34,743 nucleotides of DNA. It comes from Candidatus Omnitrophota bacterium. GTDB taxonomy: Bacteria > Omnitrophota > Gorgyraeia > 2-02-FULL-51-18. This document shows, piece after piece, positions 1-15,000 of this stretch. The stretch is taken from positions 1 through 34,743 of the forward strand of contig JAHFFM010000002.1 in assembly GCA_023247935.1 (NCBI GenBank), read 5' to 3'. The number at the start of each line of letters is the position of its first letter. Position 1 is the stretch's first letter. Under the pieces are notes generated by a model, which was not told the DNA's origin, searched no databases, and worked only from the letters and a program-made list of their open reading frames with translations. A program made the translations under genes and the position numbers.

Positions 1-3000
1 CTTTGAGAGAAATTTTTCCACGAACGAAAAGTTTTTCTAAAGTCAGGTCTCTCATATAAGGAAAAATATTGACCACTCTATTTCCGACTCTTCCTACGAA
101 ACCGGGGATGAGATCCTGTGGGCCTTCATAACTTTTATCTTCGCGTATCTTTCCCAAAGTCCTAATCGCTCGAATGACTCGTCTTTCATTATCGTGCAAC
201 TGTTTGGCAAAATCCGTGAAATCTGAAACTTTGATGACCACGACCTCTCCTTTGGGAAACTTGGCTGCTTGCACCGCCCCCACGTCGGTTCCCTTGATGT
301 TGCCTATAAACTCGCATCGACCCCCGTCCAAAATCTCCCCCACCACTTCCCCGGAAAACCATTGGCGGGATTCGCCAGCCAGCCGCGCGCCTTTCTGGGA
401 GGCTGCGTTATTTTTTCGGATAAACTCTTCTAAAGTTCTATCCCCATCATCCTCATCCGGCACCAAATCCCCTGCATCAATCGCCACAAGTTCACCCGCC
501 CGCGTCACCCTATATTCGGTTGCCACGACAAAACCTGCTAAACGTAAAAGCTCATTAACAGTCAGGAAATCTTTGTGTTGTTCAGGAGTATTAGTATTGC
601 CTCCTAAAATAATTTGCATGACGTACCCCGTGACATCCCCGGACTCAACCACGCCGTAAAACTTGGCGCCGATCCCAAGCCGGTCTAACACCTGGGCATA
701 AATCAACTCTCCTGGAGAAAGGCCTCCTTTTCGATACAACTTCACGGCCACAGGCTGGACACGCCCATCGATTTTTGCCAAGCCTAGAAAAACACCCAAA
801 GAAGAGACAGATCTCTCCTTTTCACTTATTCTTGGCAAACTTCCGAGAGGCGATAAAAGCTTTATCTTTTTAAATTGATCGGGTTTTTGGGCAATAGGAG
901 CATAGGCAATTTCTCTTCTGTGATCCATGGCCCAAGCGACATTTTTAGGAGCTTTGGAAAAATCAGCGTGGTCATTTCTGATTTCAATCCCAAATTTTTT
1001 GAATTGATTGTCGTTGGCGAGTCGCGCAGCGGCAGGAATAGAGCGAGCTCTTACACCCTCTGGAAAACCGACGGATCCGCCGATGAATTGAGATCCTGGA
1101 GAGGTATTGGTAATGTTGTAATTCATCCACTTGAAAGAATCTGGGGGCAAAGCGTTTCTTTTCTCTTCGTTTAAGAGATTTCTCGGAGAACCAATAGAAG
1201 AACGCATGATCACAAAAGTACCTTGGGCATGGGGACTTAATGAAACATACGGTGTGAAATAAGCGCGCTTGGCAACCAGAGTGATGGTGCGAGAGTCTAC
1301 CGCGTTTTTATCTTCTTCACTGATTTCCGCCGGCTTAAAGTGCCATTCAGAAGGTTCCGGCGCCCATCCCCAATGGAGAAAAGCCCGATAAGTCCCGTCG
1401 CTCAAAGATGTTATAAATTGATTTCTTTCGTCCACTGTCGCGAATTGAAGTGTAGTTTTAAAATCTGCCCGTTGATCCTGATATTCCATTGAGCCGCCTT
1501 GCCACGCGAACGAGGATAAAGGCAACACCAGCGCTTCATCGATAAAGCGTTTGTAGTCTTTGATGCCCCAAACCTCGACACTTGGCAATCTCCGTCCGTC
1601 GGGTGTTTCCGTGTATTCGGAGCCGGGACCTTGTTCATGCAACACTTTTTCGTTGCGTAACACGCGCTCAAATACCTTGGCCAATCTCTTGAGACGCTCT
1701 CTATCGAATTTTTCGGAAGAAAATTCAAGCTCAAATTGACCTCTGTCATCAATCGCCAGCATCATCATCTCCGTGGGTTTTGATAAACTGGCTGATTCTG
1801 GCCTGCCATACCCATTAAAATGCGCTTTGATAATTAAGGATTCGTCGTATGACCGAGCATATTGATCAAGAATCTCCAAAACAGCGCTCGGACGCGCATG
1901 AATCCCTCGATGCGACAAAACACGCACCATCTCTGTATAATTCGCCAGTCGCGCGGCGGCTGCTTTGGGTTTGACTGCGGCTTCGAATCTAAAAAATTCG
2001 TTCACCTCTTGAACAAGCCCTTGCAATAATCGCGTGCTTCCATTCCATGAGGCTTGTTCTGCGGCAAAAAATAAACGCGCACTTTCCGAATTTACAACCA
2101 AGAGACTACTAAATCGGGCAAGTGCTTGTTTTATCTCATTAACACTAATTGTTTCTTTTGAGTCTCTAATAGTCCGAAGTAAGTGCGCCTTCCTATCAAG
2201 AATTTCTTGCGAACGAAGGTGTGCCTGTTTTTTTTGGAGGGCAAGCCCTCTCACGCGATTCATCAAAAACGATTCTTTTAGTTCCCGAGCCACTCTTATT
2301 TTTTTGCGTGCCTCCAATCTTGCGGTTCTACTCTCAAGCTCTGCTCTATAAAAAGTGGTTATTGCTTCGCCTGAAAACATTTTAGGAGCAACGCCTCTAA
2401 GAACTTGCTTCATTTTGGTAACAATTTTCAGTTTGTCTCCTGGAGAGATCAGGCGTGGATCAGAAAAAGTATCGTCATTTGTCAGCCTTTGTAGCATTTC
2501 TAGAAAAGGTTGCGCATCCGACACGGCCAGGGCTTTCAATCGAGTCACCAGATCGTACTCAGCATTTCTGGTAAGTTTTCCTTCGCAAAGAAGGATAAAA
2601 TCCGCTAAAACATCATCGGAAGATACCTGTCTTCCTGCTCCCCACGGAAAAGTATCTGCCGCCATCTGATCTGTCACGTCAATCGGATCACAAAAAGCAC
2701 CATCATGAAATAAAACAAAGTGTCGACTAACTTTATTTTTAGTATCGTAATACCATACGCCTCTAGCGTTTACTTTCTTACCCCCAATAGATACCCCGTG
2801 AAAATTCACCCAATAACGTTTTGTTTGGTTAGAGAGCCCAAAGCCGGATAAACGAATCTCGACTCGCTTTCCTTCCAAATTATAGAGGTGATCTGGTTTA
2901 CGATAAGCGATACTTACTAGATCAGCGTCAGAGTTGGGAAAAAACGTGCCGCCATTGGCAAGCCAATAAACATTCCACTGAGCTTTAGCGTTATTCGCCA

Positions 3001-6000
3001 TATGTGTTACTGTTGGGATTTGAGGTAAATGCCAATAACCCACCATGGGTTTACCTGCAACGTTTTGAGTGACAACTTGCCCGTTCTGATAGAGCACTAT
3101 GGAATCTAATGGGATTTCGGAATGCTGTCCTTTTTCTGAAGGCGCCCAAAGCGTGGCCACCCATGCGTCTTTTGCAATCCACGGAGCTCTTTGAATCTTA
3201 AGAATTGGTTTCTCAGCACTACGCCGATATACAAGACGCACATTTCGAGACCAAAAATTAACAGTATGGTCTTTTTGATCTAAAGAGAAAAGGCCTGATC
3301 CCCTCGGGAAAGAATCTTCAGTGATTACCTGGAGCTCCCAAGGAAGATCATCGTGTATAACGCCGGATAAAATCTCCATTTGTAAAAGTTTATCCGGAGA
3401 GGGCGATGAAAAATTCATGTGGCCAGTCACAAATTTTCCATCTCTAACAAAAGGATATCTAGCTGAGACAAAGCGCTTTCCTGTGTACTTACTAACCACA
3501 TGTAACTCAATGTCATAAGCATTGGGACCAAATTTGAAAACAGAGATCGTTGCAGTATCATCTCCTAAATAAATCGGTTTGCCAGTCGCGTAAACCAGAC
3601 CTCTCGAATCACTTTTCTTTTTAAAATACGTCGTTCCTACTTTCAACCTTCCATATTTTTTTCGTAAGGGCAACTGCCCCACCTCTCTCAAGCTAAAGGG
3701 GATCTCCTCATTCAGCTCCATGTACGGCAAAATATCGACAAGCCCCGCTAATCGGGTTACAAGTGTCTGTCCATTCAAAACGCCTTGATGAATTCTTGCT
3801 AAACGCGCGCCGGTGATTCGAGCTACCTCTTGTTTCACAAGACCTGTTTTATCGGCTAATGCAGGCTCACTATAACTTTTCCCGCCCGCCTCTTGATTCA
3901 GCCTTTCGCTTCTATAAAAAAGAGCGATGAGATGATCTTTCACGCTTCTACGATTTACATTAAAGATGGGCTGTTTTAGATAAATCCTAGCGATTTTTTG
4001 GAGATGGAGCGATTTTAATTTCAAAGCTTTATTCAATACTTCACGTTTCAGTTTCTGATCTTGGGTAGAATACGTTTTCGCCAGATAAATGGCTTCGGCT
4101 AATATTTCCTGATAAGCCACAGACCAGTGGCGATCATGAAATTGATCTTCTCTTGGATCAAAAACTTCATTCCCCACCGTTTGGATTTCATCAGATAAGA
4201 TTTGTATCGCCTCTGACCCGCCTTTCAACGAAAGCGTCATGGCCCAGATCCAATAGTGCTCATAATAACCTTCGGCATTCGTGACGATTTTAGATTTGCG
4301 CGTCTCTTCGACATTTGTAAATTCTAGTAGAGCGTCCACATAGTCCAGATAAAGGTCTTCATTCTTCCTCAGGTTTTGTGTAAAAGAAAACTCCAGAGCG
4401 AGACGAACCATCACTCCGGTAGCTTCGTAATTTCCTTGGGCATATTGTGCTTTCATCGAAACCAGTTGTTGAATTCGATCCAAAATATCGTTTTGATGTG
4501 TTTTTGCCAGCCTCAATACCTTTTCCAAAGAAACGTTCGGATTTTTTATAATCTCCCCGACTCTTTTCCGGTGCTTCTCTATCACCGCGTCCACAAACAA
4601 CAAATCGGGACTTGTTTTGGGCGCTTCCGCCAGACGAGCCCCCAGCTTTATCTTCAGTAGAAGTTGATGAGCCAGTAAGGTACTGGGAGGATGTTGACGG
4701 CCAGAGATCACCTGCCCTAAATAACCGTTGATCCAATACCTCGCCCCCTTATCCATTCCGGCTATCATCACCAGGATCTCGGAGGCCGCTTGCATCTCGA
4801 TAGCCTTTTTTCGCGACTGAGATTTAGGCGCGATGGCTACCAGCAGCAAACGGTAAAGAGTTCGTTTGGAAACTTTGCTCTTCCATGCCATCAATAAAAA
4901 GGTCGCGATTTCATTTTTGTAGGGCGGGTAATAATTTTCATTTTTTAAGTGCCCGATCAAAATGTCTACCGGATTATTTCGCCATTCATTTTTTCCTTTT
5001 GTAAAAAATAGAGGCCTTTGAGATTCGTCCTTGTTCTCCCATTCTCTCTGCCATTGCATCAAAAATTCCAAGGCTTCATTGGCGGGTTTCTCCGGAGCAT
5101 TGATTTTTATTTCGCTTAAACGATCTAAAATCTCGTGGAAGGAATCGTGATAACTTGCCAAACGCGCGCCTGCGCTTAAAACTATGGCATCGGGAAGATT
5201 CAATCCATCGGTAGAGTTAACAAAACGGCAAGTGCCAAGATTACGGCCTGAGCTGAAAGCTAAATCATTAGTTTCCCTGATATGCCTTTTGGTAGAAAAA
5301 ATAAAAGTCGCGCTAATAGAGGCGACCACGACTTCTTTGGCGCCACGCCAAAGAAGAGCCGCGGGTAAATAAGGATTCGTTTCGGAGATCCCCTCGACGA
5401 TGAAGGTTTTGTCTTGGACTTCGGCGGGCACCGACATGCCTTCCAAAAGCTCTCGAATTCCAACCGCCACTGGGTTTGCGCTTTTTATGTCGCCCTTTGA
5501 AATTACCGCTCCATCCCCATTATTTCTAGAAGCATACTCCAGTTCTTCCAAGATAACCGGCAACGCTTCTGTTCTAGAAAGGAGATCTCTCGCTTCATCG
5601 AAAATGGTGCTACGCCCTCTCACGCGGTTAGCAGAAACAGAGAGCAGATAAGTATCTTGAAAAAGACAGGCGCACACATAAGCCAATCGAGGCAAACGGG
5701 AATGCCCTGCTTTAAAATTTGCGAATGCATTGTAATCTTTGGCTTGGCAAGTATCTCTCAAAAACTCAAGCTGGCTTTTTGCCGGATTAGATCCTCTTAG
5801 TGACCGCAAAATATAGAACACCAGCGTCTGATCAAAAAAAGAGATGGTTTTTGGGTCATCCACCATCTTCCAGATAGCCGTAAAAGCATCCGCGTCAGTC
5901 GCTGGTTTTTGCGTCCAAGTCCCCTGCCGAATAAGTATTTCAGAAATCAGGTTGATCGCATCCCGATCCGGCGGCGCGATGGAATTTCTTTTCTTATCCT

Positions 6001-9000
6001 TAAAATGAAGCGCTTTTTTAAGAAATACAAGAAACCGTTTGGCTTCCCGTTGACGGCTCAATTCTTCAATCATTCGTATCGCCGCTGATTTTCTCGCAGT
6101 GAGTCGCGCACCTTCCCCAACCCGACCGAATATTTCGGGATGGGCGACAAATTCCGGCTCATTAACAGAGAAAGGACGGCCAACCAACGCGTCCAATCTT
6201 TGTTGGACAAAACCGGTCAACCAAAAATAGTCGTCTGGGTTTCGGCCGCTACCAAAAATAATTTCCCAAGACTTTCCAGAGGGTTTTAGCAAACGATCTT
6301 GATCATCAAATTTCAAAGCGATGGATGCGACATAATCGCCTTTCCAATTCGCCGCGTCATCCCAGCGCGCAGCATTCTTTACCGGCGTGACGCGAATATC
6401 GTATCGGTCTTGTTCCGGCGCCAAATCAAAATGGATCAAATACTCCCGTACAGGCTCTTCTTCCCCGCCTGCAGGGCCGGGCGCGATCCAATAAAAAGAA
6501 GCTAAGCGACGAGGGTCTCCATCCAAAGCCTCGATAAGGCTAGGTGTCGACCGTCGAGAAACCTGCATGACTTTCTGCCAATCTTCAAACCAGTCACGAA
6601 CCGTATCTTCCAACCATTCGTAGGAATTGTGTCCAAATAAGTAGAAGTCATCTCTAAAAATTTCAAGGGGCACGCCGTGTTCATCATTGCGCACCTGAAT
6701 ATACGCTCTTTGGGCTCTATGTTTAAGAGGTAGATTTTTAGGGGATAAATGCCGATGTTTATAAAAAATCAGTTCTTCTCTTCCGCGAGGAATCGGCGCT
6801 TCAGGCACAGGAAACACATAAATTTCATAGCTAGCGAATTCATAGTACCTGGGAAATTGCCATGAATCGTTTGAACGTTCGGGTTGGGAAAGCAGAACAA
6901 TGTAAGATTTGGCTGGATCTTTGGGATCCTGTACTTTTAAATAAATCCGGTAAGGCAAAAGTTCTCCCGCCATAAAAGTCGGTGCGACATAATTGCTCCA
7001 ATTTTTCTTAAGCGCGGATTCGGTACTGGCGTCCAGCTTCGTCTGAAGCTCTTCGGCGCTAATCATGTCTTTGCGGGCGGCCAGTTGTGAAAGCTGATTG
7101 GAAAAACGACCTTGTGCCCGTGGTCCCATGCCTTGAAAGGTGGCATCGGCACGTTTGATAGCGCCCATCAGAGCCTGAAGTTCTGGCTTTGCTTGCAACT
7201 CTTGAGAGACTAGATGGCTGTGAATCACATCGCCAAAATTTTTGTCTAAAAGTCCCAAGGGATCGCTGGCTCCAGGCACTGTTTGGATCGCCTCCCCAAT
7301 CAATATTTTATTGGCGCCCGCGCGGAACTTATTGAGAGCGTCTCTTTCTTTGCCCCAAAGCAACTGGATGCCATTATCCACCACCGTACTAAGGACTGGA
7401 GAAGAATTGCTCGACAAAACACCCGCCTTCGCGCGAGCCATGACGCGAGCGAGAACCGCTGGCTCATTGAACTGAAGAATAAAAGATTCGGCGATCGGCG
7501 CAGCCACTTGTTCTGCCACCACAGCCGCCGGTTCTGTGAGAGTCGACAAAATGCTGGAGGCTAGTGGAGCTGTCACAAACGCCGCCGTCACCCATTGGAA
7601 AAATGTACGGCGACTAATCACCGGATGACGATCCGCGAAGATTTGATAAAGTTTGAGAGTGAATGCCTCCCAGGATGTGTAATCTTTATTCAACAGAGTC
7701 GTCTTCGCCCAACGCGAAATCATAGGCACCATCTCGGAATAAAGTTCTTCGTGACCTTTTAGAAGCGCCTCAAATTGCCCCAAAAGCTCATTGTCGTTTA
7801 TCTCGGGATGTTTTAAAGAGGTTTGATAAATTTTCTCCGCCGCGTCGCCGATCAGTTGACTGATCCGAATCGCTCGCCCCGCCCGAGCCTGCGAATCCTC
7901 CGCCAGCCGTGCGCCGCCCGTCTGCTCATCATCGGGGATTCCAGAGAGGAGGCGCATGCTCTCTTCAAATTTTTCGGCTAAATTTAATATTTTGTCCCCA
8001 TGGGAATTAAATAGTCGTTCGCGTCTTTTGAAATACCTCTGAGCGATTTCTCTATTGTCCGCATCCCCATCGGTTTCTTTATTGCGCTCACCCAATAGAA
8101 TTCTCCAAATCCATCTGTCAAATGCCTCACTGCTCGTTCGGCGTGGAAGCTGGGCATGATAGGCCAAAAGATGCAAAAGACTGAGCATGCGGTCGAGATC
8201 GTCTCTCGAGATCTGTTTTTTCTGCTTAAATGAATCATAAATTTCCCGCACCTCTGTTATTTGCGTGAAATAATTAGCTTCAAAGTAAACCTTGGAAACC
8301 CCCGGCGCGACAACAACAAACTCACGAATCTTATTCAAATTTCGTTCGATACCTAACAAAGCCTCTTCCGCTTTCGCCCAGTCAAGGTCACCAGACTTTG
8401 GTTCCTCCGCCAGCCGCGCGCCGGCTTGAGGCAACTCGGCCATAATAGCTAGCCTAATTTCAGCCCAAGATTCTTTAATTTCCTGAAAAGCCACTTTAAA
8501 ATTGGAGAATTTTCCATTTAAACCGCTTCCACCATCAAATACAACCCAAGGAAAGTAGAAGCTGAGGGCTTGGTAAGGCACGGGTTGATCAAAACTTCCG
8601 TTATAATTCGAGGGGCGATGAGATGAGAAAGATCCGGTGGCAATGGTTTCCCCTATCAATAATTTAGAATCCATAAACTTCACCAAGCCCGCCAATTCAT
8701 CTTTGTGTTCTGCGATAAATTTCCTAAATTCGGTCACGTCATATTGATTGGCGGATTTGATCAGCTGATCCAACAACCCAAGCATGGCGTAGAACCGATC
8801 AGCGTCTAACCATTCACGATAACTTAATTTCTTTTTTACTCTTACTTTGTCATAAATCCAAAATTGAATTCCCGAACCTAAACGCTCCATATCCCCAAAT
8901 CGAGCGCGAATCTGCTCTACTTTTTCTGCCATAGTGGTATTTCCAATTTCAGGCAGTGACTCCGTCGCCGTTGCCAACCGCGCGGCTAGAGGTTTTTTGG

Positions 9001-12000
9001 CGACAATGAAAATATGGCTATTGGGATAAACTTCTCCCCTTTCCATCTCAAAGTCCTTCTTCCATCGGTCTTGCAAATAGGGAGCAATGTACGCTTCGAC
9101 GTGTTCGATTTCAAAATAATCTCCGAGTAGTTCTCTGTACTGGCTTTCCGTCATCTGGCCGGCTGACTCGTCCATATCTCGGTTCCAGAGATCCCCTTCA
9201 AAATAATATTTGCTTAAAAAATCATGCAAGTCGTAGCTTGAAAGGCGAACTTTTTTATGGGAATCGTCCGTATAAGAAAAAGAGATTTTCCGGTGCCGGT
9301 ATTCTTTTACAAATTTCTCAAACTTTTGCTTGGCATATTCCGTTTTTAAAAAAACTTCGACCTCGCGAGGCTCCGGCTTCACACCATCTCTAAAAATCAG
9401 AGTGCCACCCGGTTTGAGCAAATCTTGCGCAAGCTTCAACACGCGCCGACTCATTTCCCGTCCAAAAGAAACGTCGATCTCATGTAGAGTGCTTGAGATA
9501 ATCACCGTGCTGAATTGGCCTTTAAAATCACTGGGAATATTCCACTGCGTCAAATCATGCCTGTAAAATTCGATTTTAGGGTGATTTCTTCGGGCTTGTT
9601 TGAGAAGCTCTTCGTCAAACTCAATCCCAACGACTTTAGCATCAGGTAATTTTTGCTTAACCAGCCCCAAAATATCCCCCGCTGCCGAACCTAGTTCCAT
9701 AATTTGATCTCCGCGGACGTACTCCACCATCCGCGCCTTATCTTTCATTCCCAATAACAAATGCCCGCGCACATCTTGATCAGAAAAATCTGTTGGCTGC
9801 TTAACCAATGGTAATAATTGGACAAGTTCTTTTTGACTGAGTCGTTCAATCGCGGTATGGACTAAAATGTATTTTTTAGAACCTTTCCATAAAAAAGCCC
9901 ATGTGAATATCCCTCGAATAAATCTAAATTCCTTTCGGCTGGTCTTTTCCCGATAACTAAAATATTTCCTTAGCACGTCTTCGTTGACGACCTCCTCTTT
10001 TGTCAAAGAATAATTGAATCCCCAGATAAGCATCGCCTTCCACGCCGCCTTAAAAAAATGATCTTTGGCCAGCGCCATGATGTAGATCACTTCCCGCTCC
10101 GTCTCTCCGTACAAAGTTTCGGGAGCGGGTTGATTCTCCGCTAAACGTGCGGCGGCTTCGATTCCTTGCTTATCCCATGCTTTGCTGACCATTAAAAATA
10201 GCCAGGCGGTGATCTGAGAGAACTCCTTAAAATTTTTAAAATCTCCAATCGTTGAAATAACCCGGTGGGTTTGCTTGTCTAGAGCCATAGAAAGCTCCGC
10301 TGGACTTCCTTCAAAACGGGTATTCTCATAAACCAAATACTTTATAGCGATAACGTCGCGCGCTTCCCCCTCATCTACCGCCACCATCCCTTGAAAACGA
10401 ATCCCTATTTTTTTTCTGCCACCATTCACAGTCAATTCGATTTCAAGAGGCATCATCCAGCCATCGGAATTATCAAATTCTTTGGTAACCCTTGCGGTTG
10501 CCCCCGCCAGTCGCGCGGCTAATTTTCCTGTAATTCTTCCAACCTCCACTTCTAATTGACGATATCTATCCGAGTTTTTTACAAGTGCGATGGTGTGATA
10601 ATAAGGATCGTTTATCACCCGCTCGTATAGATCAAAAATATCTCCTTTTATACTCTCAGGCGCCGCTACAGTAACCGTTAAAAATCCGCCTTCTTTTATC
10701 CCAAGAAGACATAATCCAGTCCAGGAATCCATCCTAGTGAGACGAGATTTATTAGCGGCAAGGACACGTACCCCCGGAATATGGTTAACAAGCTCTGTTA
10801 AACTAACCAGACTTGTGGCAGGACGCCCATGGAGTTTTGGCCAAATAATCTTAAAATCTCTAGACTCAAGCTTCCCCCGCCTTGCCGTCAGCCGCGCGCC
10901 GCCTATTTTTCTAACTTCTAAAGTTAAACCGACTTTAGGAAAAGTCCCGAGCGGGTGTTGGTCTAAAGTAAAATTAAGATCGGCGTCGCTTCTTACGATG
11001 CCTCGAATGGGAGTCGCTTGTTCTTTGCCGTACTCATCGAAAATTTTTCGTATCATCGGACTCATTCTTCGCATGGTTTCTTCGCTGTCACTGATAAAAA
11101 GATGACCATGCTTGGGATTCAGCAGAGGAACAATGGGCGCAAACATGCCGTAGAGCTCTCCTTCGACTCTTCCATTCACCATATTCTGAGTTTCTTCATC
11201 AGCTCCAGGGACAGAAGACATCAATCGAATAGCCATAAGCATCCGCGTATTTCTGGTGACCGCATAATTGGGTACTCCGAACATCAATACATAGTTAAAT
11301 TTATTTTTGCTGGAAGCTTCCTGTAAATCTTGCCAGGAATCAAAATATTGAATGCTTTCGCTGACTTCGAGCTTGCGGTGCAAATGCTCTTGTATTTCTT
11401 GAACCATGTGATCCGTATCAATAGCTGTCACCTCAAGACCGCAGAAAGCCAACAGCGCCGGCATATAGTCCCGCCCACCGGGTCCAACCACCAAAACTCT
11501 TCTGCCTTTTTCTAATTTCATTGAAATCAATTTGAGAATAATTCGCTCTTGCTGAGCTTCATCAAAAATAGTCTCTCTTGAAAGCTGATTGATCTTCCGA
11601 AATGCTTGCCTAAATTCATCGGCGGATACAAGCGGTTTGTCTACCGACAGCCGCGCGCCTTCATTCCAGTCGCGCCCGAGCATATCCATGATGTCTTCTT
11701 GGCCTGTTTTCCATTTGTCTCCGCCATAGTAGTTGATTAGTGCTTTTTCTAAATTTTCGTTGGTATCAGCTACAAATACTTCTGCGTCAATATCCAAACT
11801 TTTGTCTTGAGATTTTAAGTAGCTCTTTGCGGTGATATCGATTGCAATATGATGCTTGCTAGACCAAATATAGGCTACTCCGTGATTCATAAACCTAACC
11901 GGTCCCGTTTGATCTAATTCATCACATCTCAGTATGTCTGCTGCAAAGCCTTTCATTAAACTTCTTAAAAGGTTGGCTAGACTCTGGCTCAGTTCAAAGC

Positions 12001-15000
12001 AATTATTAAGAATGTAGGTCTTCTGTCCTTTTTTCGCTGCTTTCCTCGCCTCATGCCGATGAATTCGCGTCACACCCGCCGCAATTTTTTTTGCGATAGC
12101 CTCATCTAAATTCCCATGAATACGAAGCATTGTTTTTCCAAATTTTCTATCAACAAACGTCCGCTCTCTATTGCCCACCATCCGTACTCCCGCCAGCCCC
12201 TCTTCCGCTGAAACTTTGGAGGCTAGCCGTGCGCCGTGTGCTCTTTCTTCCGGCATTAAAAAGTGTGCTTGGTAAGCCTCAAGCGCCATCCTTCGAATTC
12301 TTTCTGAAATTTTAGGATCCAGCGGGTCTTTGCCTACCACAAACGCTAGAAATTCATTCAATGGCTCTTCGCCCATCATCCGGGCAATCATCTCTGCTTT
12401 TAATTTGAGTTCTCCTTGAGCCTCAGTCCCGCCCCCTTGTGCAAATACATTGGTCAACGTAAACACTCGATCCGGCACAAATACCCCATTCGTCCACGTC
12501 GATTTTAGAGCGGCTTCGACCTCAATAATAATCTCGGCAATTATTTTTTTATGTTCCGCATAATCGTCAAAATATCCCTTCAATAATTTTTCGTCAGGAC
12601 GCAAAATGGCGTTCGCGCTTCCTTCCACATCCTTGGCATTCCGCGCATCCTTTTTGATGGCATAGCTCAGCGCATCGAAATGAGCCAACTCTTCATTGAC
12701 TGTGTCTTGAAGATATTGCCAATAAGCGGCTGGGTAGACGAGACCTTGTTCTCGAAGGGTTTCTTCTAATTGAGTCTGGATTGGAGAGGGATTTTTGTAA
12801 TCCCTGCCATGGAAATGAACATTGATCCAACCGAACGGATTTCTTCGATAGAGAGCTGGGTCGAGAGTGCCGTCTGGCAATTGGTTTTCTTTATCAGCGA
12901 GTATTTCTCTAGCCTTGTCCACCACTTTCAAGTCATGGTCTGCGACAGGGCCGGATACAACGATCACTACTTCATTTCTAGCGGGCGCTGTTTCTGCATG
13001 ACTGTAGATTTCGTAAGGATCATATACAAAATAAGTGGTCACTCGATGCCCATCGGGAGATATCAAGGGGAGTACTTTGTAAATTTTGCTAACAATCAAA
13101 AGTGTTCCCTTTGACTGAGAGACCGACTTCAATAAATATCCTTTAGTAATCAAGAAAGACTTGAAGTCTCCATTAAGGAAATCCCAAAGGTCTTCAACCT
13201 TTAATGAGCTTTTGGAATCAAAAAATCTTTTTGGAAATACCCCCTCTTCATCTATCTCTTTTAAAAGAGGTTCTATTTCTTGACGAAATTGGCTCATCGA
13301 AATCTCTTGAGCCATGCAAGAGATCATCAGCTCCCCTATTTTTGGTGCAAATCTGACATAAAACCACCGAGATGCCGGATCTTCGGCTTTATTTTCTGCC
13401 AAGCGCGCCCCACCCACGCTTCCAAGCGCGCGTAAGACTTTTTTTATTTCAGCGAGTGTCTTTATTCCGATCCCATCGATATCCAGTATTTGTTGGGGTG
13501 TTGCCGATTTGAGTTGGCTGAAATTTTTTATTTTGCCAGCTTTTAATTGCTCGGTTTTGCCGATAGGAAACTCACCAATTTTGGTTTTACCCGCAGGCTC
13601 GTATCTTCCTTGCTGTCTAGCTTCTCTCCATTTCTTAATATTTTCCCAGCGTCGCCATTCCTCCAAAGCGCTCTGTTTCATGGCATTAATGGCTTGCGCC
13701 GAAATACTCCTGCTCTTAGTAGAGAATTTTTTCAGATATTTCTTAGCAATAGACTCTTCGCTTTTATAGGTCGGGGAAATAAACAAGAGCCTTAAAACTT
13801 CTCTAAGCTGAGGACTGAGCCTGAGGAACGATTCTCTATTCCCTGCCTTCCAAGCCTCTACAAATTTTCCAGAAAGCTTTTGATGATATTCGTTTTGCCT
13901 GCTCTCATATTTTTTATCTACCATTTCATACAATTTTTTATAATTGATGGAACGTTTGCGAAAATATTGAGTCAGAGTCGCTCTTTTAATTCCCATAAGC
14001 TTAGCTGCCTCCGAAACTGCAAGGCCTTTGAGGGATTTTTTATGCTTCTCCAGAAGAGCAGGAATTTCAGAGGGCACACCTGGCTCTCCCTTTACGATTC
14101 CATAGTCGGCAGGATCCTCTTCCGGATGTCGTTCAAAATATAAAAAAAGAGAAGGGTTGCTCACCCCCATCAATCTCGCAGCTTCTCTAAAACTGGGCTT
14201 TTCCCGTTGAAGCAATCGTTTATATTTCCTTAAAAGGGGTCCAACAATAGCCCTCTTAGTGGGCTTTTTTTGCACCATTTTTTTCGCCAGCCGCGCACCC
14301 GTTCCCAGCTTCTTATATTTCTCTTTCATCGCTTGCCATGCGGCTTGGTCTTGGATCGGGCCTAATCGCCGCTCCATATCCTTAAAAAATAAATCAAAAT
14401 TAACCCCATTTGAATTTGGGTCTATGTAGCAATAAACCTGACTGGTATGCGCCGATTCTTTTCCCAGAACCGGTAGAAAATTTCTAGTATCGAAATCCAC
14501 GAAGAAGCCATCTCCACCATATCTGTAGGGGAACAGATGGATATTTCTTGGGGACAAAGCGAGACGATTGATATCGTTGGCAAGATCGTAGACCCAACGC
14601 TCTTCAACAGGAGGCAATAGGGGGGCGCTTGATTTCTCAATCCAATCTACGCTCTCAAGGAGTCGTTTTTTAGCTTTTTCCCAACGTGCTAACACTTCAG
14701 AATATCGTGCTGTAAATCGCTCGCGCGTTAAACCTCCGCTCTTTTCGAGATCAAGAATTGCCTTGGAAGTGATGGCGAAATATTGACGAGCGCTAATTCC
14801 CTGTAAATTCTCCGTTCCTCCATAAGCTTGGTGCTTCTTCGCCCAAGCGACCAACTCATCAATATCCTGAGGCTGTAAAAACATCTGAAACTCGGCGTCC
14901 ATATGCGCCAAAACATCCCTGACAGTCCCTACGCGGAACTGGGTTTTAGCAGAATCGATTTTTAAACTTTCATAATTATCAGAGAACCTTTGTCTTCCAT

